DNA of 64,000 nucleotides from Octopus vulgaris (Eukaryota). The stretch covers positions 79,546,001-79,610,000 of the forward strand of contig OX597825.1 of NCBI GenBank assembly GCA_951406725.2, given 5' to 3'. Under the pieces are notes generated by a model. That model was given only the letters and a program-made list of their open reading frames with translations, was not told the origin of the DNA and did no database searches. Below, in pieces: positions 40,892-55,300 of the stretch. Position numbers and translations under genes: made by a program. The stretch's first letter is position 1, and each line of letters opens with the position of its first letter.

Positions 40892-41481
40892 CAATTTTTT
40901 ATTGTTTCAGTCATTGCAATGCGGCCATGTTAGAGCACCGTCGACCCCGGTATTTGTGTTTTAAACTCTGGTCCTTATTCGATCAGTGTCTTTTTGCTAA
41001 ACCACTAGATAATGGGGACATACACAAACCAATACCGGTTGATGAGCGGTAGCGGGACATACACACACACACACATAATACATACATACATACATACATA
41101 CATACATACACTAAATATACGTGCCATCGATTGTATTTCTGTGTGCTCTCCAGGCAAGCAAGAAATGGCAGCCAAATCCCCCCGTAATCCCACTCGTGCC
41201 TTCTAAGAAAAATTCGAACAGTACGCATAGTACTTGATACATTATGCCCCAGTAAAAGAGATGATCACGCTTGGAACGTTTTTGAATATATATTCAATCG
41301 ATCGTGACTGATTCAACTTTGAACAACAACGGAAAAAGTAAGAAAACGGACAGAAAAGAAGAGAGATACATGAAGAGAATGTGAGTGAGAGGGAGAGGGA
41401 AAAGGAGAGTGAAATAGAGTGGTGTTAAGAGAGTGAGAGAGAGGTTAAGAGAGAGAGAGAGAGAGGTAAAACCACACCCAC

Positions 41482-41677
41482 CTATGATGTTATTACTCGG
41501 TGCATGTTCCGTGATGTTGACGCTGCAGGATTGAGGTGGAATGATGAGGGCAATTTGAAGTCCTGCAGATGCTGGTTGCTCTGTTTTTGACACGATCACG
41601 TGACGGCAGTTGTCTTCGCTGATGTCACCTGGCGGATGTTGGCAACAACTACTACCGGAAGCTGCATGTAACAGTGA
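41482..41677 (-). CDS. Exon (196 nt, phase 0-1) of the ADAMTS-like gene: Cys-rich end and spacer start
   Basis: tttctatttgtag|TCA.. to ATA G|gtgggt; SLLHAASGSSCCQHPPGDISEDNCRHVIVSKTEQPASAGLQIALIIPPQSCSVNITEHAPSNNII fits the spacer start pattern (G...v..IP.Ga..InItE...sNNyl); G+TT gives Val with the next exon. Confidence 0.85.
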
Positions 41678-41849
41678 CTACAAATAGAAATAGAGACGAT
41701 TGAGATATGAAGTCCACAAAAATCAAAGCAACATGCTGTGGTTTTTTGTGCAATAATTTATAACGAGTATTTTGAGTTCGAATCTAGTCGACGTCGACTG
41801 CGTTTTAACGTTTCACCGAGAACAATAAATATGTGCTTGACCCATATAT

Positions 41850-42415
41850 TGATTTCAAATTTTGGCACAAGGTCAGCAAACTCAGGGAGTGGGTAAGTCG
41901 ATTATGTCGACCCTAGGGCTCAAATGGTACTTATTTCGTTGACCCCGAAAGAGTAAAAGGCAAAGTCGACCTCCAGATTTGAACTCCGACAAAATATCCG
42001 TTTCTTTACTACCCACAAGGGGCTAAACACAGAGATGATAAACAAGGACAGACAAACGGATTAAGTCAATTACATCGACCCCAGTGCGTAAATGGCACTT
42101 AATTTATCAACCCCGAAAGGATGAAAGGCAAAGTCGACAACGGTGGAATTTGAACTCAGAACGTAGCGGCAGACGAAATACCTATTTCTTTATTATCCAC
42201 AAGGGGCTAAACACAGAGGGGACAAACAAGGACAGACATAGGTATTAAGTCGATTACATCGACCTCAGTGCGTAACTGGTACTTAATTTATCGACCCCGA
42301 AAGGATGAAAGGCAAAGTCGACAACGGTGGAATTTGAACTCAGAACGTAACGGCAGACGAAATACCGCTAAGCATTTCGCCCGGCGTGCTAACGTTTCTG
42401 CCAGCTTGCCGCCCT
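41850..42415 (-). mobile_element. Tandem array of three SINE family B units
   Basis: Repeated gaccccgaaaggatgaaaggcaaagtcgac..gaactcagaacgta units ending in ccagcttgccgcc. Confidence 0.85.
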
Positions 42416-43450
42416 GCACTTGTCATATACTGGACTTGATATTATTGATTGGTCCCTCCCCAACTTCAGAATCGAGACGTTAAAATCCAATGTTATTGAG
42501 AAGCTTGTAGATTGGCAGAACAGTTAAAGCGCCGGAAAATTATCATTGGTGATTATTTACGGCATTTTACGTTCTGAGTTCAAATCACGACGCGGTCAAC
42601 TTTACCTTTTATACTGCAGGGATTAGATAAAATAAAATATCAGTTAAGTTAAATCTGTCTCGCACTAACAAGTTTATTAGGCCGAAGGTTATTCTAGTTT
42701 TCGTGGCAGTTTAAACGTTAAGGGTACGAAATTCCCCCAACATTGAAAGGGTCGCCAGTCCGTCTTAAGGATGATTGCCAGTTATTGTTGGTAATCATTT
42801 TCGGCTGTGTGTATTTGAGCAACAGGAAATGAAATGTCTCGCTCAAGGATATAACGTACCATCCAAACTGAGATTTGAACTCTCGCTCTTGAGATCGTAA
42901 GTCTTACAACTCTAACGCCTGAGCCACGCGCCTTCATATGAATAAAATACCAGTTTAGTACTGTTCTCGATATAATTGACTACTCTCTATCCCTGTATTT
43001 CTGGATATATATATCTATGTAATGTATTTATTGTTGCTGTTATTAATGAGGCAGCGAGCTGGCTGAATCGTTACCGCGCCGGGCAAAATGCTTAGCAGCA
43101 TTTTGTCCGTTTTGAAGTTCTGAGTTCAAATTCCGCCGAAATCGTACTGAAATTTGCCTTGCATCCTTCTTCATAAATGCAGAAACTAAATTTGTTTGGC
43201 GAGGTGAGGACAAACCCAGGTCCAAATCAAAGTGTTCAAAGCGTTTTCATTACCCAACAAAAAATTTAGGGAATGTGTTTGCACCCCTTGCTTCCCACAC
43301 CTGTTCCTGAGGCTATATCTTTCCGGAGTCGATAGAATAAAATACTGCTCGAGTTCTGAGGTCAACTTCAGCAACTGTTCAATCCCACCCATAACATAGA
43401 AAAACTAGGTTTTTGGTTCTTGACAATCATCAATATCATTAGATGATAGT

Positions 43451-43597
43451 TAAAGCAGTAGAGCAGACGATAAAATACCTTAAACTCGTTCACGTGCTTA
43501 GCTAAAGCGGTAGAGCAGACGATAAGATACCTTAAACTCGTTCACGTCCTTAGCTAAAGCGGTAAAGCAGACGATAAGATACCTTAAACTCGCTTAC
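43451..43597. repeat. 52-bp tandem repeat x about 3
   Basis: taaagcggtagagcagacgataagataccttaaactcgttcacgtccttagc starting at 43451, 43503 and 43555. Confidence 0.9.
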
Positions 43598-44493
43598 GTT
43601 CATTTTATTCTCTAAGTTCAATTCCTGATGGAAGTCGAGTAGTTAAGAAGAATACTTCCAAACCATGTGGTCTTGAGTTCAGTATCACTACGCTGCACCT
43701 GGGCGGACCAAAGCCTTGTGGATAGATTTGGTAGACGAAAACTAAAAGAAGCTCGTCGTATGTGTGAGTGTATGTGTGTGTGTGTATTAGTGTTTCTGTT
43801 TGTCCCCTCCCCATCACTGCGGTTAACGACCGCCTTGGCTTGACTACACATTGTAACTTGGCGGTTTGGTAAAAAAACAAACAAAAACGAACAGAGTTAA
43901 TACCAGACAGAAAATTAAGTAACTGGGATCGATTTGTTCGACCAAACCCTCGAAGGCGGTGCCCCAGCATGGCCGCAGTCCAAAGACCGAAACAACAGAT
44001 AAAAGATAGTTCTGTTGTGGGTCGCTATAATTTCTTATATCATCTACTCAGCCCCCCACTCTCTTGTGTCTATGGGTGACATCCTTATGGCATCACCGAC
44101 ATCGGATGTACGATATTCCGGGCTCTAACGTTTGTAGATTCTTCTTTAGCCCTTTCTGGGATTCCCCTTCAACAGTAAGATGCTGTCGGACAAGAACCGT
44201 TTTGTTTAAAGCCAATGACCTGCTAAAAATAGCGGCCAAGTATTCCTCAATAATAGCGGCCAAGTATTACTCCGTTTTAAAAAGAAGGTCAAAAACAAAA
44301 ACAGACATATTTGAGAATGTAGTCCTAGATGTTCCATGCCATAACAAAAAAAAGAAAGAAGAGAAACAAAAAGCGAAAACAGTATTCTGCCGATTACGAC
44401 GACGAGTGTTCCAGTTGATCTAATCGACGGATTAGCCTGCTCATGAAATTATTGTGATAAGTGGCCGACAACAACGACAATAACAACAACAGC

Positions 44494-44528
<35 letters not shown>

Positions 44529-45171
44529 GACCCACAACAGCAGCAGCAGCAGCAGCAACAAGGTAATATGCTGTAGGAATCTCTACATCTTTTTTACAGC
44601 AACAATAGAAACCACAATTGCGTTATAAACAAAACCACCAGTAACAACAACAACAACAACTATTATATAAGTAACCACCCTGCTACAACAACAACAACAA
44701 CAACAACTATAATATAAGTAACCACCCTGCTACAACAACAACAACAACAACAACAATGACAACAGCTGCCTCAGCAACAGCATGACCCCTGTAGACATCA
44801 TGTCAGAGGAATTTCTACATCTATTTCGTAGCATATTTCATCACCACGAGAGCAACAAAAGCACCAACACCCACAGCAACAACAACAACAACAACAACAG
44901 CAAAAACAACAACAACAACAGTGGCAGTAGTAGTAACCGTCGCAACCACTACAAGAAGCAGCAGCAGCAGCAACAACAAGAACAACAACGACAACAGCAT
45001 TAACCACATGACCCCTGCACACATCGTACTTGTCATAAAAATCTCGTCGGTTCAACTATGGATGTCAACTTATCTTGATAATTTGGTAAAATAAAACCGA
45101 GTCATTAATTTCAAGCAGGGAAACTGACTTTAAATAAACAAACAACAAGAACAAGAACAAGAGCAGCAGCA

Positions 45172-45230
<59 letters not shown>

Positions 45231-45333
45231 CACTACTACTACGATAACAACAAACAATGACAACAACCACTTCTCAACTGAAACATGATTGGCGAAACAT
45301 GAAACATCTGCTACGAAAAGCAATAAGAAGCCT

Positions 45334-45371
<38 letters not shown>

Positions 45372-46448
45372 CCTTTCCCTTTCTCCCTCTCTGAGCCTTT
45401 CCCCACCTCTGTCTTTGTCTGCTGTCTTTATCTCTTTCTCTTCCTCTTTGTTTCCTTGCCCTCTCTCTCTCTCTCTCTGTCTACCTGTCTTTCTTTCTCC
45501 CTATCCCTCTCGCTTAGTTTTTCTCTCAATTTCTCTCACTCTCTTCTGCCGCTTCACTTGTTGTGAATCTCTCTTTCTGTCTATCCCTCTCTCCCTCTCT
45601 CTCTTTCTCCACTGTCTTTCTCTATCTCTTTCTCTTCCTCTTTGTTTCCTTGCTCTCTCTCTCTCTCTCCCTATCTCTCTCTATCTCTCTTTCTTTCTTT
45701 CTCCCTATCTCTCTCACCTAGTTTTTCTCTCAATTACTCTCACTCTCAGTTTGCCTCTCTTCTGCCGCCTCACTCGTAGAGAGTCTCTCTCTCTCTAGCT
45801 TTCTCTCTCTCTCTCTCTCTCTCTCTCGAGAGAGAGAGAGAGAGAGAGAGAGATTCGCATGAAATCAGGATTTAATCAGTTCTATATGAAAAGGCGTCTG
45901 CTGGTGAGGGCCAATAACAATCTTTCATGTTTATTTGAAAGGCAAAAAATAATATCCTAACAACTTATAGTTCTCTTTGGAATTGTGGATCTCGAAGCAT
46001 ATCTAGATATATGTATACGTACTTACAAATTATAAAAAGACTAAGGCATCCTTCTCAAGCCCTATGTGTTCGTTTTTTTATTAAAACATAACTAGTCCTG
46101 GAGCCTTTTTATACCAGCCGTACATTTACCGCTTGGACGGGATGCCGGTCCATCGCAGGGTAACTCCTGGAGGAACGTGAAATGAAGTGTCCTGCTCAAG
46201 AACACAACGCATCATCCGGTCCAGGAACTGAAACCACGATCTTACGATCATGTGTCCGACGCCTAAACCACTAGGCCACACGCCTCCACCTTATAAACGA
46301 CGGCAGGTAAATATTAGATTGAGAATCCCTTTGGAAGGAAAAAAAAAAGAAAAAAAGAAGTCGAGGGTTGCTCGTGCGACACGAATCTGCATCTCCTGTA
46401 ATCTATTCACAAGGCTTTGGTCGGCCCGAGACTATAGTTTCAACCTAA

Positions 46449-46686
46449 GGCGGCGAGCTGGCAGAAACGTTAGCACGTCGGGCGAAATGCTTAGCGGTAT
46501 TTCGTCTGCCGTTACGTTGTGAGTTCAAATTCCGCTGAGGTCGACTTTGCCTTTCATCCTTTCGGGGTCGATAAATAAAGTACCAGTAACGCACTGGGGT
46601 CGATGTAATCGATTTAATCCCTTTGTCTGTCCTTGTTTGTCCCTTCTATGTTTAGCCCCTTGTGGATAATAAAAAAATATATTGTT
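46449..46686 (+). mobile_element. SINE family B with TSD
   Basis: TSD tttcaacctaa at 46438-46448 and 46687-46697. Confidence 0.85.
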
Positions 46687-46938
46687 TTTCAACCTAATAT
46701 TTACACATTGGTATTTATAGCTCTATTATCTACTTCGAGAGCCACTGTTTCGAAAGAATAAATAAGTAAATAAATAAATAAATAATGATAATAATTATTT
46801 CACATTCTTATGACGTTGACTTCTTATATTTTAGGGAGAAGCAGTTACAGGAGGCAGCTGCGTCGCTAGAGAAGCAAACTGAAGCTGTAACTAGGAAAAC
46901 CAGTGATCAGTAAATGAGAGTGTCAACATACGAAGAGA

Positions 46939-46988
<50 letters not shown>

Positions 46989-48232
46989 CATGGTTCAGTG
47001 GTAAGAATTTGCTTCCCAAGCACATGGTTTCAGGTTCAGTCCCACTGAGTGGCACCATAGGCAAGTGTCTTCTAGTATAGTCTCGAACCGACCAAAGACT
47101 TGTGAGTAGATTTGGAGGACGGAAACTGAAAAGAAGCCTGTCGTATATGTATATATATATATGTAACCCAAAGATGGTAGGTTTATATGCTTTTAATATA
47201 TTGGGCTCCTTGACTTCTTTTCTAGGTCATGTTTTCTTTCCTATTCCTTCCTCCCTTTGCTTATATTGGATGCCCTTGTGATCAGTTAGCGTGTATACAT
47301 ACATGGATGCCATGCATGCATGTACGTGTACATGTGTATATACATACATACACACATACACACACATACATACATGTCTAGATATGCAACTATATGCATG
47401 AGAATACATATATAAAACAAACATACAAATATGCACATAAACATTCATACATACATACATACATACATACATACATACATACATACATACATACATACAT
47501 ACACCAAGCCTTCAATGTAAACCACGTAAAATCGGCATCGTTTCTATTTCTTTTACTCTTACGTCTCTTATTCCTTTTACTTCTCTTTGATAAAAAAGTA
47601 CAATCCGAAACGTTCATCACTTTCAATGTATATCTTCTATGATTTTTATATTTTTATATTTCGTTTCATAAATTTTTTTTTTGCTTTCTCCAAAACGCGT
47701 TTTACTAACTATATATATTAAGTATTTGTTTTGTTTCCTCCTTACCTCATAATATTTCCCACTTTTTTATCAACCTACATACCCATACATACATACATAC
47801 ATACATACATACATACATACATACATACATACATACATACATACATACATACATACATACATACGTACGTACATACATACATACAAACATACATATATAT
47901 ATATATATATATAGCATATCAGTATATATAGCATATCAGTATATATGCACATGTCTAGACATGCAACTTGATGTAAGAACAATTATATATAAAACAAAGC
48001 ATATAAATCTGCATCTGCACTGACTGCAAATATTTGCACACACACACACACACACACTCAAAATACTCATAACCACCCTCCCTGCTGATGTTGTTGAAAT
48101 TCCAATGAAAGAGACTCGGATCTAGGTTAGAAACCGGCACTTTCTCCCTTGGCGAGAAATCTAAAAATAAACTAAGTAACAACATACATACATACATACA
48201 TACATACATACATACATACATACATACATACA

Positions 48233-48266
<34 letters not shown>

Positions 48267-48288
48267 CATACATACATACATACATACA

Positions 48289-48322
<34 letters not shown>

Positions 48323-48555
48323 CATACATACATGCATACATACATATATACATACATATATACATACATACATATATACATACATACATGCATACATACA
48401 TATATACATACATATATACATACATACATATATACATGCATACATGCATACATACATATATACATACATATATACGTACATATATACATACATATTATTG
48501 GCATGGGGTCGTTTATTGAGACACTACAACTTCTGGTTCGCAGATGTGCCGTCTC

Positions 48556-48587
<32 letters not shown>

Positions 48588-48797
48588 TTTCCTCGCTCCT
48601 CTCTCTCTCTCTCTCTTTCCTTTCCTTGCTCCTCTCTCTCTCCTTTCCTCGCTCCTCCTCCTCTCTCTCTCTCTCTCTCTCTCTTATTTTTCTCTCTTAT
48701 ATGGCTTCAGCTTATTCTGGCTAGTCACGTGCCACCTCTACTATTTTACTCCCGATTCACAGGTTTCTCCTCCTCCCTCTCCTCTCATTGTATTTAC

Positions 48798-48842
<45 letters not shown>

Positions 48843-49165
48843 TACACATTAACTCCTATACTCGTTCCTTTCTTACTAGAACATCTAAACTTTGGAATTC
48901 CTTCCCTCTCTCCCTCCTTCCCTGGACAAGTCTTTTCTTCTAACTGTAAAACAGGAACGGTAACTGCATCGATCTCACTGGAGAATTGATATCGGCGTGG
49001 TTATCGTTCCTGTTGAAATGTTGGAAGTCAACAGTTGACACAAACTGTCTCAGAAAGCCTTACAACAACATGGGCACAACCCTTTCCTCCGGACCAAATC
49101 AGGGAATGAAATCGAAAATAGATACACGGACATGTATATAGCACACACACATACACACATACGCA

Positions 49166-49510
49166 ATCATCATCATCATTGTTCGACCGTGGTCGAGACA
49201 ATGGAATTTACCATGCTACGCCAGACTTCACGGTCCATCACGGCATTACGGAGGTCCTGTTGCTGGATGCCTGTATCCCTGGAGATTACATCAGGGTAGG
49301 AGAATGTGCGCCCTCTGGTATTGCGATTAGATGGCTTCCAGAGGAGAAGAGTAGAAATTACCTCTTTTTCACATCTACAACAATGTCCAGCAAACTGGAC
49401 TCTTCTACCTTACGCAATGGTAGGGCAAGTGTTCACCACACTCAGGATGGGGGAAGGGTAAAGACAGATTTCGTGTTTTCGGGGGTTGAATTTTCGCTTC
49501 CTTCTTGCTG
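49166..49510 (-). mobile_element. LINE (RTE-like) 3' end with (GAT)n tail
   Basis: Minus strand EKEVISTLLLWKPSNRNTRGRTFSYPDVISRDTGIQQQDLRNAVMDREVWRSMV..VEQ* followed by tgatgatgat. Confidence 0.75.
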
Positions 49511-50446
49511 TACTCCAGCACGCACACACGCACACACAATAGTAATAAGCATATGCCCCTTTACTAGGCATAAATTACATGACTGGAAGTACATCCAGCA
49601 TACGCCTACATACACACGCGTACACGCGCATACACTTATACGCATACATGTATAATACATACATTGCAAATATGATGGGTAAATATTCATGTATATGCAT
49701 ATGCATTTACGTATGTATATATGCTTCTGTATACTGTATTTGTATGTATAAAGAGTGTGTATACTATTTTGGTTCATCAAAGCAAGATGTTTAATCTCTG
49801 ATAGTGCACAACGATTCGATATGTTGTAGGGGCTTTGGTTTTATAAGTATGTAATTTAAATTTAAAAAAAAAAAACGAAAAAAAAAAACGAGGGGTATTA
49901 ACATCAAATATATCATATAAAATGTACACAATATTTATCCCATTTAACTACTTCGCTGACTATTCACCTCCTCAGCCGCTGTTGAATTAAAGATGATTGC
50001 ACATTTAGCCACGTACAAAATATAGCAGTTGTTTGCATCACTACTAGTTGGTTGGTTGGATGATGGTTTATAAATGACAGGGAATGAACAAAGGCTGCAA
50101 GTGATCCCTTTATGCATCACCGAGAAATAATAACTGGCTTAGAAAGAATAAGGAGAGAGCATTTCAGAGTGAACTCCTTCTTAGTGCGTGTGTGTGTCTC
50201 TATATGTGTGCGCGCACGCGTGTACATATTTATATATGTATGTGTGTGTGTGTATATATAAACATAAATATATGTGTATGCATATATATATATGTATGTA
50301 TGTATATATATATATATATATACATACATATATATATATGTATACATATATGTATATGAATTTAGGTATGTGTGTGTATATATATATATTTATAAATGGA
50401 TTTGGTTTGCAAGATTCTTTACGTGAGTTCGTGTGTTGAAGCATAT

Positions 50447-50705
50447 TCTGTTGTGTCTGGGAAGACTCATTCTCTTTTAGTGTCTTATAATTTAGCACAA
50501 TCACCGGTAAAATTTCCATTTATTTATTTATTTTTTTGTCTAAAATTTTCGTTGCGTCTTGCAACCTTTTCAATAGAACTATTGAAAAGGCTGCAAGACG
50601 CAACGAACATTTTAGAAAAATAAAAAAAGAAAGAAATGGAAATTTCACCGGTGATTGTGTTAAATTATTACACACTAAAAGAGAATGAGTCTTCCCAGAC
50701 ACAAC

Positions 50706-50708
<3 letters not shown>
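50447..50708. repeat. About 260-bp near-perfect palindrome
   Basis: tctgttgtgtctgggaagactcattctcttttagtgt..caatag-aa-ctattg..acactaaaagagaatgagtcttcccagacacaacaga with a 2-nt centre. Confidence 0.9.
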
Positions 50709-50744
<36 letters not shown>

Positions 50745-51237
50745 TCTAGTTGTGTGAGTGTCTGTCCCCTTCGATTTAGATTCCTAACTCCTCCCACATT
50801 TTGCGGTGCAGTTTAACCAAATTCGGGTATCTTATAGTTGTGATTCATATCGAGCCCGTCTGGCTATTAGCGCGCGTCAACGATGAGTCTACGATTTTAA
50901 AAATAATTTAACATCATTTTTTATTCTATTTTAATGCATAATTTTTCGTGTGTCGATGGCGGCGGAGTTGGCGTCCACGCTCACAGCTGCACCTGTTTGC
51001 TTCTCCCCCTTCCCTCCCTCGTGAAGCTGTGGGGAAGGGAGTGTAAGGAAATCAACGTCGTAATGCGTTGTCAAGGAGACCAGCGTTCTTTTAGAACAAC
51101 GACTTCATGGCTTGAAGACACCAAAACAGAAATGGCTAAGAAAGCCCGAATTGGCATCTATAAGGGAAGTAACTCTCTAAAAATGCTTATATAGTTATTT
51201 CCCTTACAAACCCGAGCAACGCCGGGCGATACTGCTA

Positions 51238-51238
<1 letters not shown>
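50709..51238 (+). mobile_element. Non-autonomous Helitron
   Basis: 3' hairpin cccgagcaacgccggg (51211-51226) followed by CTAG|T (51235-51239); the 5' end ..tatataaaactctag merges with (TA)n. Confidence 0.75.
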
Positions 51239-51292
<54 letters not shown>

Positions 51293-52339
51293 CGTTAATA
51301 TCGAACAATGAGAATGAGAGCTCAACATCGCATTGGGGGATAAAGATTCTTTTTTTTGTGTATGAAGGCTACCATTGGTTTCATGTTAAAGAATCCCTCT
51401 ACAATTTTCAAGTCTATCACATGGAAACATCAATGCTCGTCTCTCTTTTGGATTTAAAATGTTTTAATCTAAAATGGAGACGAACACCGATGTTTCTATC
51501 TGATAGACTTATGTGCATGTCTGTCCATATATATGATGTTTATGTATACATGTATACACATACTTTCTATAAAGCCAGTTACACAATTACGTTCTATGAT
51601 GTGTGTGTATACGTATACACACACACATATATACATATACACATGCCTAGATATATAATCGTAGATATAGAGAGATAAAGAGAAAAAGAAAGAAGTACAT
51701 CGTCGTATTCATCATTAAGATAACATTTTTTAGGGAGCCAGTACAACCGGTTAAGACAGGATGGTCACGGCTGAGAGAGGGCGAAAGAACAGGAACAAAT
51801 GGAATGCTTCACATCATTAATTAGAATGCACACACCCTTAATCAAACTGATTCGCAAACACATTTTTAAGCATGTGTACATATACATACGCATGGACACA
51901 AACAGATGTACGCATATACACACACGTAGAGGGAGAGAGAATGAGAGAGAGGTGGGTAGAGAGAGGGGTAGAGAGAGAGAGAGAGAGAGGTAGAGAGAGA
52001 GAGAGAGAGAGAGAGAGTGGTGGAGAGAGAGAGAGAGAGAGAGAGTGGTGGAGAGAGAGAGGTAGAGAGAGAGAGTGGTGGAGAGAGAGAGGAGAGAGAG
52101 AGAGAGAGTGTGGTGGAGAGAGAGAGAGGTAGAGAGAGAGAGTGGTGGAGAGAGAGAGGTAGAGAGAGAGTGGTGGAGAGAGAGAGAAATGTAGAGAGAG
52201 AAAGGTAGAGAGAGAGAGAGGTAGAGAGAGAGGTAGAGAGAGAGAGAGAGAGATATGTTCGCATAGAAGAATATAGTAACGCATGTATATATATATATAT
52301 ATATACATATATACATGCATACATACATGCTTTTATGTA

Positions 52340-52384
<45 letters not shown>

Positions 52385-53155
52385 CACATTATCGGTATCA
52401 TGTTCAGTTTTCTGTTCCCATTTAAGAATATTTTTTCTAACAGCTGTAAACGTTTTATCCTCTTATTTACGCGTGAAGCCAACACAAGCGACGAGTATTT
52501 ATTCCTGCACCGGGAAGGCATTGCATGCGAAAAAATCAAAATAAGAGAAGAAAAAAGCTGGACAGACGTTTGTACCAACGACACCTGGCGTCGTCTTGTG
52601 TAACCACTATGTGTTTGGAGAGTAGAAAGGTGGTGGCGATGGTGGTGGTGGTGATGCTGCTGGTGGCGGTATGCGCGCGTGGGTGTGTGCGTTCATGCGT
52701 GCGTGTGTGTTTGTGTGTGTGTGCGTTTTAGATGACGCTAGATTGTCGGCTGAGAGTATGAAAGAATAAAAAAAACAAAGTTTTACTTGAGTGGAAATTG
52801 AACACGGGGCGCATAAAGCCGGAACAAATGTCATTAGGTAAGTATTGTATCCGATGCTTTAATGCTGGGGTTTGCAACTGCTGAACAGCGGCCTCAACGT
52901 GTTGGTCTGTTTACGTCCCCGATGGGCTCGGCAAGAAAAATAATAAGTGGTGAAATCGATCTGTTCGACTGAACCCTTTAAGGCGGTGCCCCAGCTTGAT
53001 CGCAGTCTAATGACTAAGGCAAGTAAACAGAAAAAAGGTTTTAATATACATATGGCCCAGAGGGAAGTGCGACAAAATCGGAAATGAGGCTTTACGAAAA
53101 GAAGTTGCTGATCTAATTAAGTCACAAAATTAGTAGTTTCAAATAGCTCCACAAT

Positions 53156-53751
53156 ATTGGTTTCAAATTTTGGCACAAGGCAAGCAATCTTGGGGGAGGG
53201 GTTATAGCGATTACATTGACCCCAGTGTTCAACTGGTACTTATTTTATCGAACCGAAAGGATGAAACGCAAAGTTGACCTCGACGGAACTTGAACTCAGA
53301 CTGTAAAAACGGACGAAATGTCGCTAAGCATTTTACCCGGCATGCTAACGATTCAGCCAGTTCGCCGCCTTAAATAGCTCCACAATGTTCTTTTCTAATC
53401 TAGGCACAAGGCCCGAAATTTTGGGGGAGGGGACCAGTCGATTAGATCGACCCCAATACGCAACTGGTACTTAATTTATCGACCCCGAAAGGTCGACCGT
53501 AAAGACAGACGAAATACCTATTTCTTTACTACCCACAAGGGGCTAAACACAGAGAGAACAAATAAGGACAGACAAACGGATTAAGTTGATTATATCGACC
53601 TCAGTGCGTAACTGGTACTTATTTAATCGACCCCGAAAGGATGAAAGCCAAAGTCGACCTCGGCAGAATTTGAACTCAGAACGTAGCGGCAGACAAAATA
53701 CCGCTAAACATTTCGCCCGGCGTGCTAACGATTCTGCCAGCACGCCGCCTT
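53156..53751 (-). mobile_element. Two adjacent SINE family B insertions sharing one 15-bp target
   Basis: aaatagctccacaat at 53141, 53372 and 53752 brackets both elements. Confidence 0.85.
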
Positions 53752-55245
53752 AAATAGCTCCACAATATTAACAATTAGATTGTGAATTTAATTCACAAAT
53801 TCAAATGGCTAGTTGGTAGAATCGGTAGAACGACGGACAAAATGCTTAGTTGCATTTGTTCCGGCTTTACGTTCCGAGTTCAAATTCCGTCGAGATCGAC
53901 TTTGCTTTCAACCTTTCGAGATCGATAAAATAAGTACTAGTTGAGCATTTTCAGGCCTTTTGCCTCAAGTATAAAGAATTGTAATCCAGCGATTTCGTTG
54001 TGTCAGAGTGGAGACAATGAAAAGTTCAATACTTGTCGCTTGTCTGTGAGCATAACATCGTTCGTAAAAGGTTGCTAAATGCAGGACTGAAGGACGGATG
54101 TATCATTAACAATCCTGTCGCGCATTACTCACAAAAAATTACCATGAAAGCGTCAACAGACAGCAAACACAACCCCGTATGTTTTAAAGAAGGCTGGCTC
54201 TTCTAGTCATGCCTATGTCAATTAACGGACTTCAAGTCTATTCTAATCTATAAAAATATATGGGATATTTACCACAAGTTACTTGGCGATACATCCAGTC
54301 GTTTCTGTGATTATTCACCTCGTCAGATATTGTGGTTTAACTAAGAACAGAAAATTTTTTTCTTTATAATTTTTTTTTTTTTCATGTGTGACTTTGGTGA
54401 ATCGGCAGAATCGTTAAAAAGTTAATAAAAATGCTTTGCTGCATTCATTTCGGTTACTCATGCTCTGAGTTCAAATCCAACGAGCTCAACTTTACCTCTC
54501 ACTCTTCCGAATTCGATAAAATATTATACCAGTCATATATTCGGGTCAGTTGAATCGGCTAACCTCCTCCCTTAAAACTTCAGGCTTTGAGGGAAACCAT
54601 TATTTGAGGTAGGTGTATCCCTCTATAGATGTGTGTATAACTTTGTTTATGTATGTATGTATGTATGTATGTATGTATGTGTGTATGTATGTATGTATGT
54701 ATGTATGTATGTATGTGTGTGTATGTATGTGTGTGTGTGTATGTATGTATGTATGTATGTATGTATGTATGTATGAGTGCATGTATGTGAGTGTGTGTGT
54801 GTGTATATATATATATATACATATACACACGCACACGCATGTATGTGTGTATGTTTATGTATACGTATGTATGTGTGTGTGTATGTATGTGAGTGTCTAT
54901 GTGCTTGTGTATGCAGGTGTAAGTTAGTATTATAATTAAACGTATCATTCAAGATAACCAGTGCTGCCCCCTACCAACTTACCCACCCGTAGTAGCGACA
55001 ACTCTTGTCATCTAACATTTCCTTTACATGGAAATCGTGGCAGTAACGTCGATAAGTAATGTCAGATTGTAGTTTTTGTTTCAGAGGCCAAACAGGACAG
55101 CATTAAAATTGCTTTCTAAAAACCTTCTCAAGAAACAAACGATATAAATACTAAAATTATAATTGGCCACAGTTTATATGGCTTTTTTTTATTTGTATTA
55201 TATTTTTATTTTATTCATTTTATTTATTTATTATTTTATTCATTA

Positions 55246-55300
<55 letters not shown>

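Noticed and set aside
43451-43597. Possible CRISPR-like array
   Set aside because: Contiguous 52-bp tandem units with no unique spacers, no cas genes, and a eukaryotic context.
52333-52620. Possible upstream coding exon of the ADAMTS-like gene
   Set aside because: No recognisable domain or convincing splice pair; I found no upstream exons in 41700-64000 by eye.
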